Shown: in pieces, positions 1-10,711 of the stretch | Numbering within the stretch: position 1 is the stretch's first letter | Layout: every line of letters starts with the position of its first letter | Assembly (NCBI GenBank): GCA_036679605.1 | Contig: JAZDCZ010000038.1 | Span: 1-52,330 of the forward strand | Direction: 5' to 3' | Source: Gemmatimonadota bacterium | Lineage (GTDB): Bacteria > Gemmatimonadota > Gemmatimonadetes > Gemmatimonadales > GWC2-71-9 | Length of the DNA stretch: 52,330 bases | The notes under the pieces: generated by a model | The model's input: the letters and a program-made list of their open reading frames with translations, nothing else | What the model was told of the DNA's origin: nothing | Databases searched by the model: none | Made by a program: the position numbers and the translations under genes

Positions 1-48
1 GTAGCGGTCCGCGAGGGCGGTCGAGAGCTTGGACGTGATCTCGGTCAA
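1..48 (-). CDS. 5' fragment of sixth array copy (K6), Ser/Thr kinase-TM-beta-propeller; runs off the window edge
   Basis: TTG at 48 overlaps the K5 stop (TTGA) and reads (M)TEITSKLSTALADRY, matching the N-termini of the other copies. Confidence 0.85.
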   Translation of the reverse strand, partial: MTEITSKLSTALADRY

Positions 49-2675
49 TTCCCCACCTTCGCCTTCAACTCCTCGAAGAAGTTCTCGACCACGATCAACT
101 CGCTCGCCTCCTGCCCTCCGAGATTCCTTATCATCACGAACCGCTGATCGTCCGGTGTCACATCGTAGAACGGATGTCCCAAGGACCTGCGAAACCCTTG
201 TATTGAAAACAGCACCCGCCGTTCGCCAGTCACAAACGTGGCTCCCGGCAATACCTCTACAACCATCAAGCTCCCGCTTCCCTTGTAGAATAGCTCCCGC
301 CCGCTGTGTGCCCACACGGGCTCAGTTCCTCCGTTCGTCGAGACCAGCCACCTCCCATCATTCGTGTTGGGGAACGGGCGCACGTAGACCTCACGGCGGC
401 CTGCCTCGTTAGAGGCGTAAGCCAACCACCGGCCATCCGGTGACACCGCCGGCGAGGTCTCCTCAAACTCCGTCGCCACCAACGGCACCGGCACACTGTC
501 CCCCCCGACGCGGAGCGCGTACAAATCACGGCTCTCCACATTCACCCGGTACACGAGCCACTCCCCATCGGGGGAGTACGTCACCTGCCAAATGGGCTGC
601 TCCTCGTCCAGCAGCAACTCGGCCTGTCCACTCCCGTCCGCCCGCCGCACATAGAGATCACGATTGTCCCCGCGAGTCGACACGAACGCCACCGACCGCC
701 CATCGGGCGTCCACGCTGGCCGGAAATTCTCCGTGCCCGTGAACGTGAGTTTCGGGAGCGGTCCCTGATCCAACTCTTTGATCCAAATCTGTGTCTCGTC
801 GTTCGCATTGATGGTCACCGCCAGTTGCTTCCCGTCCGGCGAGAGCTTCGGAAAACCGAAGTCCTCCGTCCAACCGGGGTCGATTTCCTCCGCCGTCCCG
901 TCCCGCGTCACCCACACCACCTCCGCAAGCCCGCCGCCTACTACGCCGCCGCGAGGTCCATCATACCGGCAAAACTGACCCGCAGACCCTCCACGAGGGC
1001 CACAGCGTCACCCGTCACCGCCAGTGTAGTCTCATCGAACGGCACCACCATCAGCGTCCCGTCCGCTGTCACGTACAAGAGATGGCCCGACGCGGCATAC
1101 CGCGCCCGCACCCCTCGCAGCAACACGGTGTGCGTGCCCGTCGCGAGGTCGGCCACGGCGATGTCCCACTCGGTAAGGTTCGCCAGCCCCCCACGTCGCA
1201 CCGAGAACACGACGCCCCGGCCACCGGGGAGCGCCTCGGGCCACATGTGCTCTAGTTCGCCCTGCGTGGTGTCCCTCATCGTCACGACCTCCGGCGCACC
1301 ACCACCTTCCGCCACACGCACCAACCCGTCACCGGGGAGGCTCCCGTCGAAGTAGAGGTAGCCGTCGGACCCCCATGACCCACCCCAAAATCCAATACCG
1401 GAATCGGCGATGGTGATCGGGGGACCGCCGCCGAGCGATGCCACCCGCCACACACCCTCACCCTCGACGAAGAACCCCACCCGCGATCCATCGGGTGAGA
1501 AGAACGGGTTATTGGCTACCTCCGTGCCCGGCAGCGGGGTGGCGTGGAGTTGATCCAAGTCGCGCACCACCAGCCGGGAGTTCTGTTCACCCGCTCCTTT
1601 ATACACCAATCGTGATCCGTCCGGCGAGACCGCCACTAGTGACCCGCCGCCAGTGGACAGCGCCTCCTCCTCCGGTAACGCGATGCTGTAGCGCGAAACG
1701 GGCTTCGGCACTTCCGGTTGAGGCCGAGAAATCGCCCATACGAACAGCACCGTCATCACCGCCGCGAGCATCGCGACGGCAGCAAACGGCACCGCCAATC
1801 GCTGTCGCCAAATGCCGGCTGGGCCACCCACCATTCCGGCCTGTGTTGTGGGAAGCGAGAACGCGGGATTGGTCAACGCTTCCGCAAACTTGGCAGCACT
1901 CTCGAACCGATCCGCCGCCAGCTTCTCCAACGATTTGGTCGTGGCGGCGGCGACATGGGGCGGGACCGACTTCCGCAACGCCGTCACGGGCTGCACATCT
2001 TCCGCGACGATCTTCATGATGATCTGCTGCGCCGAGTTGCCCATGTGCGGCGGTTCGCCCGTCAACATCTCGTAGAGCACACTGCCGAGGGAGTAAATGT
2101 CCGACCGTGCAGTGAGGTCCTTCTCGGCTGTCGCTTGTTCGGGACTCATGTAATGCGGTGTGCCGAGGGACAGGCCCGTCTCCGTCATACGCCCACCCGC
2201 TGCCGCGCTCACTGCCAAAGCGATCCCGAAGTCCGCCACCATGGGACGGCCCTCGTGGAGTAGGATGTTCTCTGGCTTTATATCTCGATGGATGACGTTC
2301 TGTCGATGGGCGTAGTCGAGGGCGTCCGCGATGGCGGTGGTGATGTTGACCGCTTCCTCGATGCCGAGTTGCGTTTCGCGGTTCAGCTTGTCGCGCAGTG
2401 TCTCGCCGTCGATGAACGGCATCACGTAATACAGGAAGCCATCGGCTTCCCCCGAATCGAACAGGGGCAAAATGTGCGGGTGTTGGAGATTGGCGGTGGT
2501 CGTGATCTCCTGCACGAATCTTTCAGCGCCAAGCACCGCCGCGAGTTCGGGCCGCAGCACTTTGACCGCTACCTTGCGCTTGTGCTTGAGGTCCTCGGCG
2601 AGGTAGACGGTCGCCATGCCGCCTTCGCCCAAGTGGCGTTCGATCTTGTAGCGGTCCGCGAGGGCGGTCGAGAGC
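45..2675 (-). pseudogene. Array copy K5: Ser/Thr kinase-TM-TolB/PD40-like propeller, broken as assembled (ORFs 941-2632 and 45-920)
   Basis: Kinase motifs are intact (GEGGMATVY, VAVK, HRDIKPEN, DFG, GTPHYMSPEQ). The start codon is lost in a 28-bp deletion at 2675/2676, and a ~34-bp deletion near 951 relative to K4 shifts the frame. Both could be assembly artefacts. Confidence 0.75.
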
Positions 2676-5333
2676 CTTCGCCTTCAATTCCTCGAAGAAG
2701 TTCTCGACCACGATCAACTCGACTGCTTCCTGCGAACCGGGATTCCGTATCATTACGAACCGTTGATCGTCGGGCGTCACGTCGTACCGTTGATGGTTGC
2801 GGCTCGTGCGAAACCCTTGTGTTGAAAACAGCACCCGCCGTTCTCCGGTCACAAAGGTGGCTCCCGGTAAAACCTCCACCGACATCAGGCTCTGGCCTCC
2901 CCGGTAGAACAACTCACGCCCGCTGTGCGCCCACACGGGCTCCAGCCCTCCATCGGTCGAGACCTGCCACTTGCCATCATTCGTGTTGGGAAACGGGCGC
3001 ACGTACACCTCCCGCTGGCCCGATTCGTTCGAGACATAGGCCAACCACCGGCCATCTGGAGACACCCGAGGGGCGGTTTCAAGGAACTCCGTCGCCACCA
3101 ACGGCACCGGCACACTGTCCACCCCGATGCGTAGCGCGTACAGATCAGGGCTCTCTGCGTTCACCCGATACACCAGCCACTCCCCATCGGGGGAGTACGT
3201 CAGCATCCCAATGGACTGCTCCTCGTCCAGGAGCAACTCGGCCTGACCCGTCCCGTCCGCCCGCCGCAGATAGAGGTCCTCATTGTCCCCGCGATTCGAC
3301 GAGTAGGCCACCGACCGCCCATCGGGCGTCCACGCTGGCCGAAAATTCTCCGTGCCCGTGAACGTGAGTTTCGGGAGCGGCCCCTGATCCAACTGTTTGA
3401 TCCAAATCTGTTCCTCGTCGTTCGCACGGATGCTCACGGCCAGTTGCATCCCGTCCGGCGAGAGCCTCTGAGAACCGAAGTCCCCCGTCCATCCGGGGTC
3501 GATCTCCTCGGCGGTCCCGTCCCGCGTCACCCACACCAACTCCGCAAGCCCGCTTCCTGTTACGCCGCCGGTCGTGTAGAACAGCGTCCCCGTCGCGGAG
3601 ACAGCGAGGTCCATCATACCGGCGAACCTGACCTGCAGATCCTCCACGAGGGCCACCGCGTCACCCGTGAGCGCCAGCGTCGTTTCATCGAATGGCACCA
3701 CCATCAGCGTCCCGTCCGCCGTCACGTACAAGAGATGGCCCGACGCGGCATACCGCGCCCGGACCCCTCGCACCAGCACAGTGTGCGAGCCCGTCGCATG
3801 GTCAGCCACGGCAATGTCCCACTCGGTGAGGTTCGCAAACCCCCCACGCACCACCGAGAACACGACGCCCCGGCCACCGGGCAGCGCCTCGGGCCAAATG
3901 TGTCCTTGTTCGCCCTGCGTGGTGTCCCTCATCGTCACCGCCTCCGGCGCACCGCCACTTTCCGCTACACGCACCAGCCCGTTGCCGGGGAGGTCCCCGT
4001 CGAAGTATAGGTAGCCGTCGGACCCCCATGACCCACCCCAAAATCCAATACCGGAATCGGCGATGGTGATCGGGGGGCCACCGCCGAGCGATGCCACTCG
4101 CCACACACCCTCACCCCTGGCGAAGAACCCCACCCGTGATCCATCGGGTGAGAAGAACGGGTTAGACGCTCCCTCCGTGCCCGGCAGCGGGGTCGCGTGG
4201 AGTTGATCCAAGTCGCGTACCAACAGCCGGGAGTTCTGTCCACCCTCTCCGAGATACACCAATCGTGATCCGTCCGGCGAGACCGCCACTAGTGACCCGC
4301 CGCCAGTGGACAGCGCCTCCTCCTCCGGTATCGCGACGCTGTAGCGCGAGACGGGCTTCGGGATCGGGCGTAGCCAGCCCCACAGCGTGGTGATCAGGAA
4401 CAGCGCCATGCCAGCGGCGAACCCGACGGTCCAGCGATTCCACGGACCGCTTGCTGGTGCACCCGCCATCGCTGTCCCCGGTGCGGTAGGCAACGTGAAC
4501 GCCGGGTTCGTCAGCGCCTCGGCAAACTTGGCCGCACTCTCGAAACGATCCGCCGCCAACTTCTCCAATGACTTCGCAACGGCAGCAGCCACGTTGGGCG
4601 GCACCGACTTCCGCAAGGCCGTCACCGGCTGCACATCTTCCGCTACGATCTTCATGATGATCTGTTGCGCTGACGAACCGACGTGCGGTGGGCTCCCGGT
4701 CAACATCTCGTAGAGCACACTGCCCAGCGAGTAGATGTCCGAGCGGTTAGTGAGATCCTTCTCGGCGGTCGCTTGCTCCGGCGACATATAGTGTGGTGTG
4801 CCGAGCGAGAGCCCCGTCTCCGTCATCCGCCCTCCCGCTGCCGCGCTCACTGCTAAGGCGATCCCAAAGTCGGCCACCATCGGTCGGCCATTATGGATCA
4901 GGATGTTTTCGGGCTTGATGTCCCGGTGAATCACGCCTTGGCTGTGAGCATAGTCTAGCGCGTCTGCAACGTCGGTGGTGATGTTGACCGCTTTCTCGAT
5001 GCCGAGTTGGGTTTCCCGATTCAGCTTGTCGCGCAGTGTCTCGCCGTCGATGAACGGCATCACGTAATAAAGGAAAGAGTCCGCCTCTCCCGAATCGAAC
5101 AATGGCAAAATGTGCGGGTGTTGTAGATTGGCGGTGGTCGTGATCTCCTGCACGAACCGTTCGGCCCCGAGCACCGCTGCGAGTTCGGGTCGCAGCACTT
5201 TGACGGCGACCTTGCGCTTGTGCTTGAGATCTTCAGCGAGGTAGACGGTCGCCATACCACCTTCGCCCAGATGGCGTTCGATCTTGTAGCGGTCGGCGAG
5301 GGCGGTCGAGAGCTTGGACGTGATCTCGGTCAA
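2523..5333 (-). CDS. Array copy K4: Ser/Thr kinase-TM-TolB/PD40-like propeller; native stop missing, reads through to 2523
   Basis: TTG start at 5333 overlaps the K3 stop. Full kinase, TM (WTVGFAAGMALFLITTLWGWL) and repeated SPDG/TPDG blades. Homology ends at EELKAK near 2676, followed by an out-of-frame tail. Confidence 0.85.
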   Translation of the reverse strand: MTEITSKLSTALADRYKIERHLGEGGMATVYLAEDLKHKRKVAVKVLRPELAAVLGAERFVQEITTTANLQHPHILPLFDSGEADSFLYYVMPFIDGETLRDKLNRETQLGIEKAVNITTDVADALDYAHSQGVIHRDIKPENILIHNGRPMVADFGIALAVSAAAGGRMTETGLSLGTPHYMSPEQATAEKDLTNRSDIYSLGSVLYEMLTGSPPHVGSSAQQIIMKIVAEDVQPVTALRKSVPPNVAAAVAKSLEKLAADRFESAAKFAEALTNPAFTLPTAPGTAMAGAPASGPWNRWTVGFAAGMALFLITTLWGWLRPIPKPVSRYSVAIPEEEALSTGGGSLVAVSPDGSRLVYLGEGGQNSRLLVRDLDQLHATPLPGTEGASNPFFSPDGSRVGFFARGEGVWRVASLGGGPPITIADSGIGFWGGSWGSDGYLYFDGDLPGNGLVRVAESGGAPEAVTMRDTTQGEQGHIWPEALPGGRGVVFSVVRGGFANLTEWDIAVADHATGSHTVLVRGVRARYAASGHLLYVTADGTLMVVPFDETTLALTGDAVALVEDLQVRFAGMMDLAVSATGTLFYTTGGVTGSGLAELVWVTRDGTAEEIDPGWTGDFGSQRLSPDGMQLAVSIRANDEEQIWIKQLDQGPLPKLTFTGTENFRPAWTPDGRSVAYSSNRGDNEDLYLRRADGTGQAELLLDEEQSIGMLTYSPDGEWLVYRVNAESPDLYALRIGVDSVPVPLVATEFLETAPRVSPDGRWLAYVSNESGQREVYVRPFPNTNDGKWQVSTDGGLEPVWAHSGRELFYRGGQSLMSVEVLPGATFVTGERRVLFSTQGFRTSRNHQRYDVTPDDQRFVMIRNPGSQEAVELIVVENFFEELKAKALDRPRGPLQDRTPLGRRRHGDRLPRRGPQAQAQGSGQSAAARTRGGAWR

Positions 5334-8042
5334 TTCCCCACCTTCGCCTTCAACTCCTCGAAGAGGTTCTGGACCACGATCAACTCGCTCGCTTCCTGCC
5401 CTCCGAGATTCCTTATCATCACGAACCGCTGATCGTCGGGTGTCACGTCGTATTGCTGATGGACGTTGTTTGAGCGGTAACCCTGAGCCGAAAACAGCAC
5501 CCGCCGCTCGCCGGTCACAAAGGTGGCTCCCTGCAATACATCCACCGACATCAGGCTCTGCCCTCCCCGGTAGAACAACTCCCGCCCGCTGTGCGCCCAC
5601 ACGGGCTCCTGCCCTCCATCGGTCGAGACCTGCCACCTGCCATCATTCGTGTTGGGAAACGGGCGCACGTACACCTCCCGCTGGCCCGACAAGTTCGAGA
5701 CATAGGCCAACCACCGCCCATCTGGAGACACCCGAGGGGCGGTTTCAAAGAATTCCGTCGCCACCAACGCCACCGGCACACTGTCCACCCCGACGCGGAC
5801 CGCGTACAGAAAATTGTCGCCTACTTCGCCCCACCGATAGATCAGCCACTTCCCATCAGGGGAGTACGTCACCTCCCAAATAGGCAGTTCCTCGTCCAGC
5901 AGCAACTCGGCCTGTCCAGTCCCGTCCGCCCGCCGCACATAGAGATCACGATTGTCCCCGCGATTCGACGAGAAGGCCACCGACCGCCCATCGGGCGTCC
6001 ACGCGGGCCGGAAGTTCCCCGTGCCCGTGAACGTGAGTTTCGGGAGCGGCCCCTGATCCAACTGTTTGATCCAAATCTGTTCCTCGTCGTTCGCACGGAT
6101 GCTCACTGCCAGTTGCTTCCCGTCAGGCGAGAGCTTCGGAAAACCGAAGTCCTCCGTCCAACCGGGGTCGATTTCCTCCGCCGTCCCGTCCCGCGTCACC
6201 CACACCACCTCCGCAAGCCCGCCGCCTACTACGCCGCCGCACCCACACCACCTCCGCAAGCCCGCCGCCTACTACGCCGCCGGTCGTATAAAACAGCGTG
6301 CCCGTCGCGGAGACAGCAAGGTCCATGGTACCGGCAAACCCGACCCGCAGACCCTCCACGAGGGCCACCGCGTCACCCGTGAGCGCCAGTGTAGTCTCAT
6401 CAAACGGCACCACCATCAGCGTTCCGTCCGCCGTCACGTACAAGAGGTGCCCCGATGCGGCATACCGCGCCCGCACCCCACGCAGCAACACGGTGTGCGT
6501 GCCCGTCGCGAGGTCGGCCACGGCGATGTCCCACTCCGTGAGGTTCGCAGGCCCCCCACGTCGCACCGTGAACACTACGCCCCGGCCACCGGGGAGCGCC
6601 TCGGGCCACACGTGCCGTCCTTCGTTCTGCGTGGTGTCCCTCATCGTCACGGCCTCCGGCGCACCACCACCTTCCGCCACGCGCACCAGCCCGTTGCCGG
6701 GAAGGTTGCCGTCGAAGTACAGGTAGCCGTCGGACCCCCATGAGCCTCCCCCACGCCCTGTACCAGAATCCGCGATGGTGATCGGGGGGCCGCCGCCGAG
6801 CGATGCCGCCCGCCACACACGCTCACCCACAGAGTAGAACCCCACCTTCGATCCATCGGGTGAGAAGAACGGGTTGTTCGCTCCGTCCGTGCCCGGCAGC
6901 GGCGTGGCGTGGAGTTGATCCAAGTCGCGCACCAACAGCCGGGAACCCTGTTCACTCACTCCGAGATACACCAATCGTGATCCGTCCGGCGAAACCGCCA
7001 CTCGTGACTGGTCTTGAAACAGCGCCTCGCCCTCTGGTAGAGCGATGCTGTACCGCGAGACGGGTTTCGGGATCGGGCGCAGCCAACCCCACAGCGTGGT
7101 GATCAGGAACAGCGCCATGCCAATTGCAAGGACGACACTCACGAGCTTCCATGGACCACTCGCTGGTGCACCCGCCACCACTCTCCCCGGCGCGGTGGGC
7201 AGCGTGAACGCCGGGTTCATCAACGCTTCCGCGAACTTCGCTGCACTCTCAAACCGATCCGCCGCCAACTTCTCCAGCGACTTGGTCGTGGCTGCGGCGA
7301 CATGGGGCGGGACCGACTTTCGCAACGCAGTCACAGGCCGCACATCTTCTGCCACTATCTTCATGATGATCTGCTGCGCTGAGTTGCCCATGTGCGGCGG
7401 TTCGCCCGTCAACATCTCATACAGCACACTGCCGAGGGAGTAAATGTCCGACCGCGCAGTGAGGTCTTTCTCGGCGGTCGCTTGTTCTGGCGACATGTAA
7501 TGTGGGGTGCCCAACGACAGACCAGTCTCCGTCATCCGCCCACCCGCTGCCGCGCTCACGGCCAAGGCAATGCCAAAGTCCGCCACCATCGGGCGGCCTT
7601 TGTGGATCAGGATGTTTTCTGGTTTGATGTCACGGTGAATGACGCCTTCGCCGTGGGCGTAATGCAATGCATCGGCCACGTCTGTCGTGATGGAGACAGC
7701 CTCCTCGATGCCGAGTTGGGTTTCGCGGTTCAGCTTGTCGCGGAGCGTCTCGCCGTCGATGAACGGCATGACGTAATAAAGGAAAGACTCCGCCTCGCCG
7801 GAGTCGAACAGCGGCAAGATGTGGGGGTGTTGGAGATTGGCGGTGGTCGTGATCTCCTGTACAAAACGCTCGGCGCCGAGCACGGCAGCGAGTTCGGGCC
7901 GCAGCACCTTCACTGCCACCTTGCGCTTGTGCTTCAAGTCCTCGGCGAGGTAAACCGTCGCCATGCCGCCTTCGCCTAAGTGGCGTTCGATCTTGTAGCG
8001 GTCCCCGAGGGCCGTGGAGAGCTTGGACGTGATCTCGGTCAA
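5330..8042 (-). pseudogene. Array copy K3: Ser/Thr kinase-TM-propeller, frameshifted by a 43-bp tandem duplication as assembled
   Basis: TTG start at 8042. ORFs 6123-8423 and 5330-6259 join into a full copy if one unit of the 6197-6282 duplication is removed. Confidence 0.75.
6197..6282. repeat. Exact 43-bp tandem duplication
   Basis: cacccacaccacctccgcaagcccgccgcctactacgccgccg occurs at 6197-6239 and again at 6240-6282. Confidence 0.95.
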
Positions 8043-10711
8043 TTCCCCACCTTCGCCTTCAACTCCTCGAAGAAGTTCTCGACCACGATCAAGTCGGTCG
8101 CCTTCTGCTCCCCGACAATCCGAATCATCACGAACCGCTGATCGTCCGGCGTCACGTCGTATTGCTGATGCACGTCGCCCGAGCGATAACCGCGAGCCGA
8201 AAACAGCACGCGCCGTTCGCCGGTCACAAACGTGGCTTCCGCTAAGACTTCCACCACCATCAAGTTCACGCTTCCCTTGTAGAACAACTCTCGCCCGCTG
8301 TGCGCCCATACGGGTTGATTGCCCCCATCGGTCGAGACCTGCAACTTCCCATCGTTCGTGTTCGGAAACGGGCGCACATACACTTCGTACCGGCCCGATT
8401 CGTTCGAGGCGTAGGCCAGCCACCGGCCATCCGGTGACACCGCAGGCGAGGTCTCGTCGAACCCTGTCGCTACGAGCGCCACCACGCTGTCAGCTCCCAT
8501 CCGCCGCGCATAGAGGTCACGCTCACCGGCCTGCCCGCCAACGCGGTACACCAGCCACTCCCCATCGGGGGAGTACGTCACCTCCTCCACTGTCCGCCCC
8601 TCATCTCGCAGCAACTCCGCCTGTGCACTCCCGTCAGCCCGTCGCACGTAGAGGTCGGGATTGTCCCCGCGTTCCGACACGAAGGCCACTGCTCGCCCAT
8701 CCGGCGTCCACGCGGGCCGGTAGTTCAAGGTGCCTGCGAACGTGAGGTTCGACAGCGGTCCCTGATCCAACTGTTTGATCCAAATCTGTTCCTCGTCGTT
8801 CGCACGGATGCTCACGGCCAGTTGCATCCCGTCCGGCGAGAGCCTCAGAGAACCGAAGTCCCCCTTCCAACCGGGGTGAATCTCCTCCTCCGTCCCGTCC
8901 CGCGTCACCCACACCAGCTCCGCAAGTCCGCCTTCTTCCGCACGCCCGGTCGTGTAGAACAGCGTACCAGTGGCGGAGACGGCAAGGTCGATATTGCCAA
9001 AGACCCCGACCCGCAGACCTTGCACCAGCGACACCGCGTCACCCGTGAGCGCCAGTGTCGTCTCATCAAACGGCACCACCATCAGCGTCCCGTCCGCCGT
9101 CACGTACAAGAGGTGACCGGACGCGGCATACCGCGCCCGCACCCCTCGCAGCAACACGGTGTGCGTGCCCGTCGCAAGGTCGGCCACGGCGATGTCCCAC
9201 TCGGTGAGGTTCACATCCCCCCCACGTCGCACGGAGAACACGACGCCCCGTCCACCGGGGAGCGCCTCGGGCCACAAGTGCGCTTGTTCACCCTGCGTGG
9301 TGTCCCTCATCGTCACGACATCAGGCGCACCACCACCTTCCGCCACACGCACCAGCCCGTTGCCGCGAAGGTTGCCGTCAACGTAGATGTAGCCGTCCGA
9401 CCCCCATGAGCCTCCACCACGCCCTGTACCGGAATCGGCGATGGTGATCGGGGGACCGCCGCCGAGCGATGCCGCCCGCCACACATTCTCACCTACGACG
9501 AAGAACCCCACCCGCGATCCATCGGGTGAGAAGAACAGGGACTCCGCGTCGTCCGTGCCCGGCAACGGCGTAGCGTGGAGCTGATCCAAGTCGCGCACCA
9601 ACATCCGGGAGTTCTGTTCACCCTGTCCGAGATACACCAATCGTGATCCGTCCGGCGAGACCGCAATACGTGACCCGAAGCCAGTGAACAGCGCCTCCTC
9701 CTCCGGTAACGCGACGCTGTACCGTGAGACGGGTTTCGGGATCGGACGGAGCCAGCCCCACACTGTGGTAAATAGCAGCACTGCCGCGAGCACTGCGAAC
9801 GGAACGGCCAACCGCTGTTTCCAACCACTTCCCGCTGCCGGAGTAACCGCTGTCCCCTGCGCAGTGGGCAGCGTGAATGCTGGATTGGTCAATGCCTCCC
9901 CGAACTTGGCCGCACTCTCGAAACGATCGGCCGGCAACTTCTCCAACGACTTCGCAACAGCCGCCGCCACATTCGGTGGCACCGACTTCCGTGCCTTCGT
10001 TACCGGCGCTACTTCCTCCGTCACGATCTTCATGATGATCTGTTGCGCCGTGCCCCCGATATGTGGCGGCTCGCCCGTCAACATTTCGTACAACACGCTA
10101 CCCAGCGAGTAGATGTCCGACCGAGCAGTGATGTCTTTCTCCGCAGTCGCCTGTTCGGGACTCATGTAATGCGGTGTGCCGAGCGAAAGCCCCGTCTCGG
10201 TCATCCGTCCACCTGCCGCCGCGCTCACCGCAAGCGCAATCCCAAAGTCCGCTACCACCGGGCGACCCTCGTGAAGCAGAATATTCTCTGGTTTTATATC
10301 TCGATGGATGACGTTGTTTCGATGCGCGTAGTCGAGGGCGTCGGCAATGGCGGTGGTGATGCTGATCGCTTCCTCGATGCCGAGTTGGGTCTCGCGGTTG
10401 AGCTTGTCCCGCAAGGTTTCGCCGTCGATAAACGGCATGACGTAATAGAGGAAAGAGTGCGCTTCCCCCGAATCGAACAGGGGCAGGATGTGCGGGTGTT
10501 GAAGATTCGCGGTGGTGGTGATCTCCTGCACGAACCGCTCGGCGCCCAACACCGCTGCGAGTTCGGGCCGTAACACTTTAACCGCCACCTTGCGCTTGTG
10601 CTTCAAGTCCTCGGCGAGGTAGACGGTCGCCATGCCGCCTTCGCCCAAGTGGCGTTCGATCTTGTAGCGGTCCGCGAGGGCGGTCGAGAGCTTGGCGGTG
10701 ATCTCTGTCAA
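8039..10711 (-). CDS. Array copy K2: intact Ser/Thr kinase-TM-TolB/PD40-like propeller (890 aa)
   Basis: TTG start overlaps the K1 stop. All Hanks kinase motifs, TM LAVPFAVLAAVLLFTTVWGWL, multiple SPDG blade repeats. Confidence 0.92.
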   Translation of the reverse strand: MTEITAKLSTALADRYKIERHLGEGGMATVYLAEDLKHKRKVAVKVLRPELAAVLGAERFVQEITTTANLQHPHILPLFDSGEAHSFLYYVMPFIDGETLRDKLNRETQLGIEEAISITTAIADALDYAHRNNVIHRDIKPENILLHEGRPVVADFGIALAVSAAAGGRMTETGLSLGTPHYMSPEQATAEKDITARSDIYSLGSVLYEMLTGEPPHIGGTAQQIIMKIVTEEVAPVTKARKSVPPNVAAAVAKSLEKLPADRFESAAKFGEALTNPAFTLPTAQGTAVTPAAGSGWKQRLAVPFAVLAAVLLFTTVWGWLRPIPKPVSRYSVALPEEEALFTGFGSRIAVSPDGSRLVYLGQGEQNSRMLVRDLDQLHATPLPGTDDAESLFFSPDGSRVGFFVVGENVWRAASLGGGPPITIADSGTGRGGGSWGSDGYIYVDGNLRGNGLVRVAEGGGAPDVVTMRDTTQGEQAHLWPEALPGGRGVVFSVRRGGDVNLTEWDIAVADLATGTHTVLLRGVRARYAASGHLLYVTADGTLMVVPFDETTLALTGDAVSLVQGLRVGVFGNIDLAVSATGTLFYTTGRAEEGGLAELVWVTRDGTEEEIHPGWKGDFGSLRLSPDGMQLAVSIRANDEEQIWIKQLDQGPLSNLTFAGTLNYRPAWTPDGRAVAFVSERGDNPDLYVRRADGSAQAELLRDEGRTVEEVTYSPDGEWLVYRVGGQAGERDLYARRMGADSVVALVATGFDETSPAVSPDGRWLAYASNESGRYEVYVRPFPNTNDGKLQVSTDGGNQPVWAHSGRELFYKGSVNLMVVEVLAEATFVTGERRVLFSARGYRSGDVHQQYDVTPDDQRFVMIRIVGEQKATDLIVVENFFEELKAKVGN

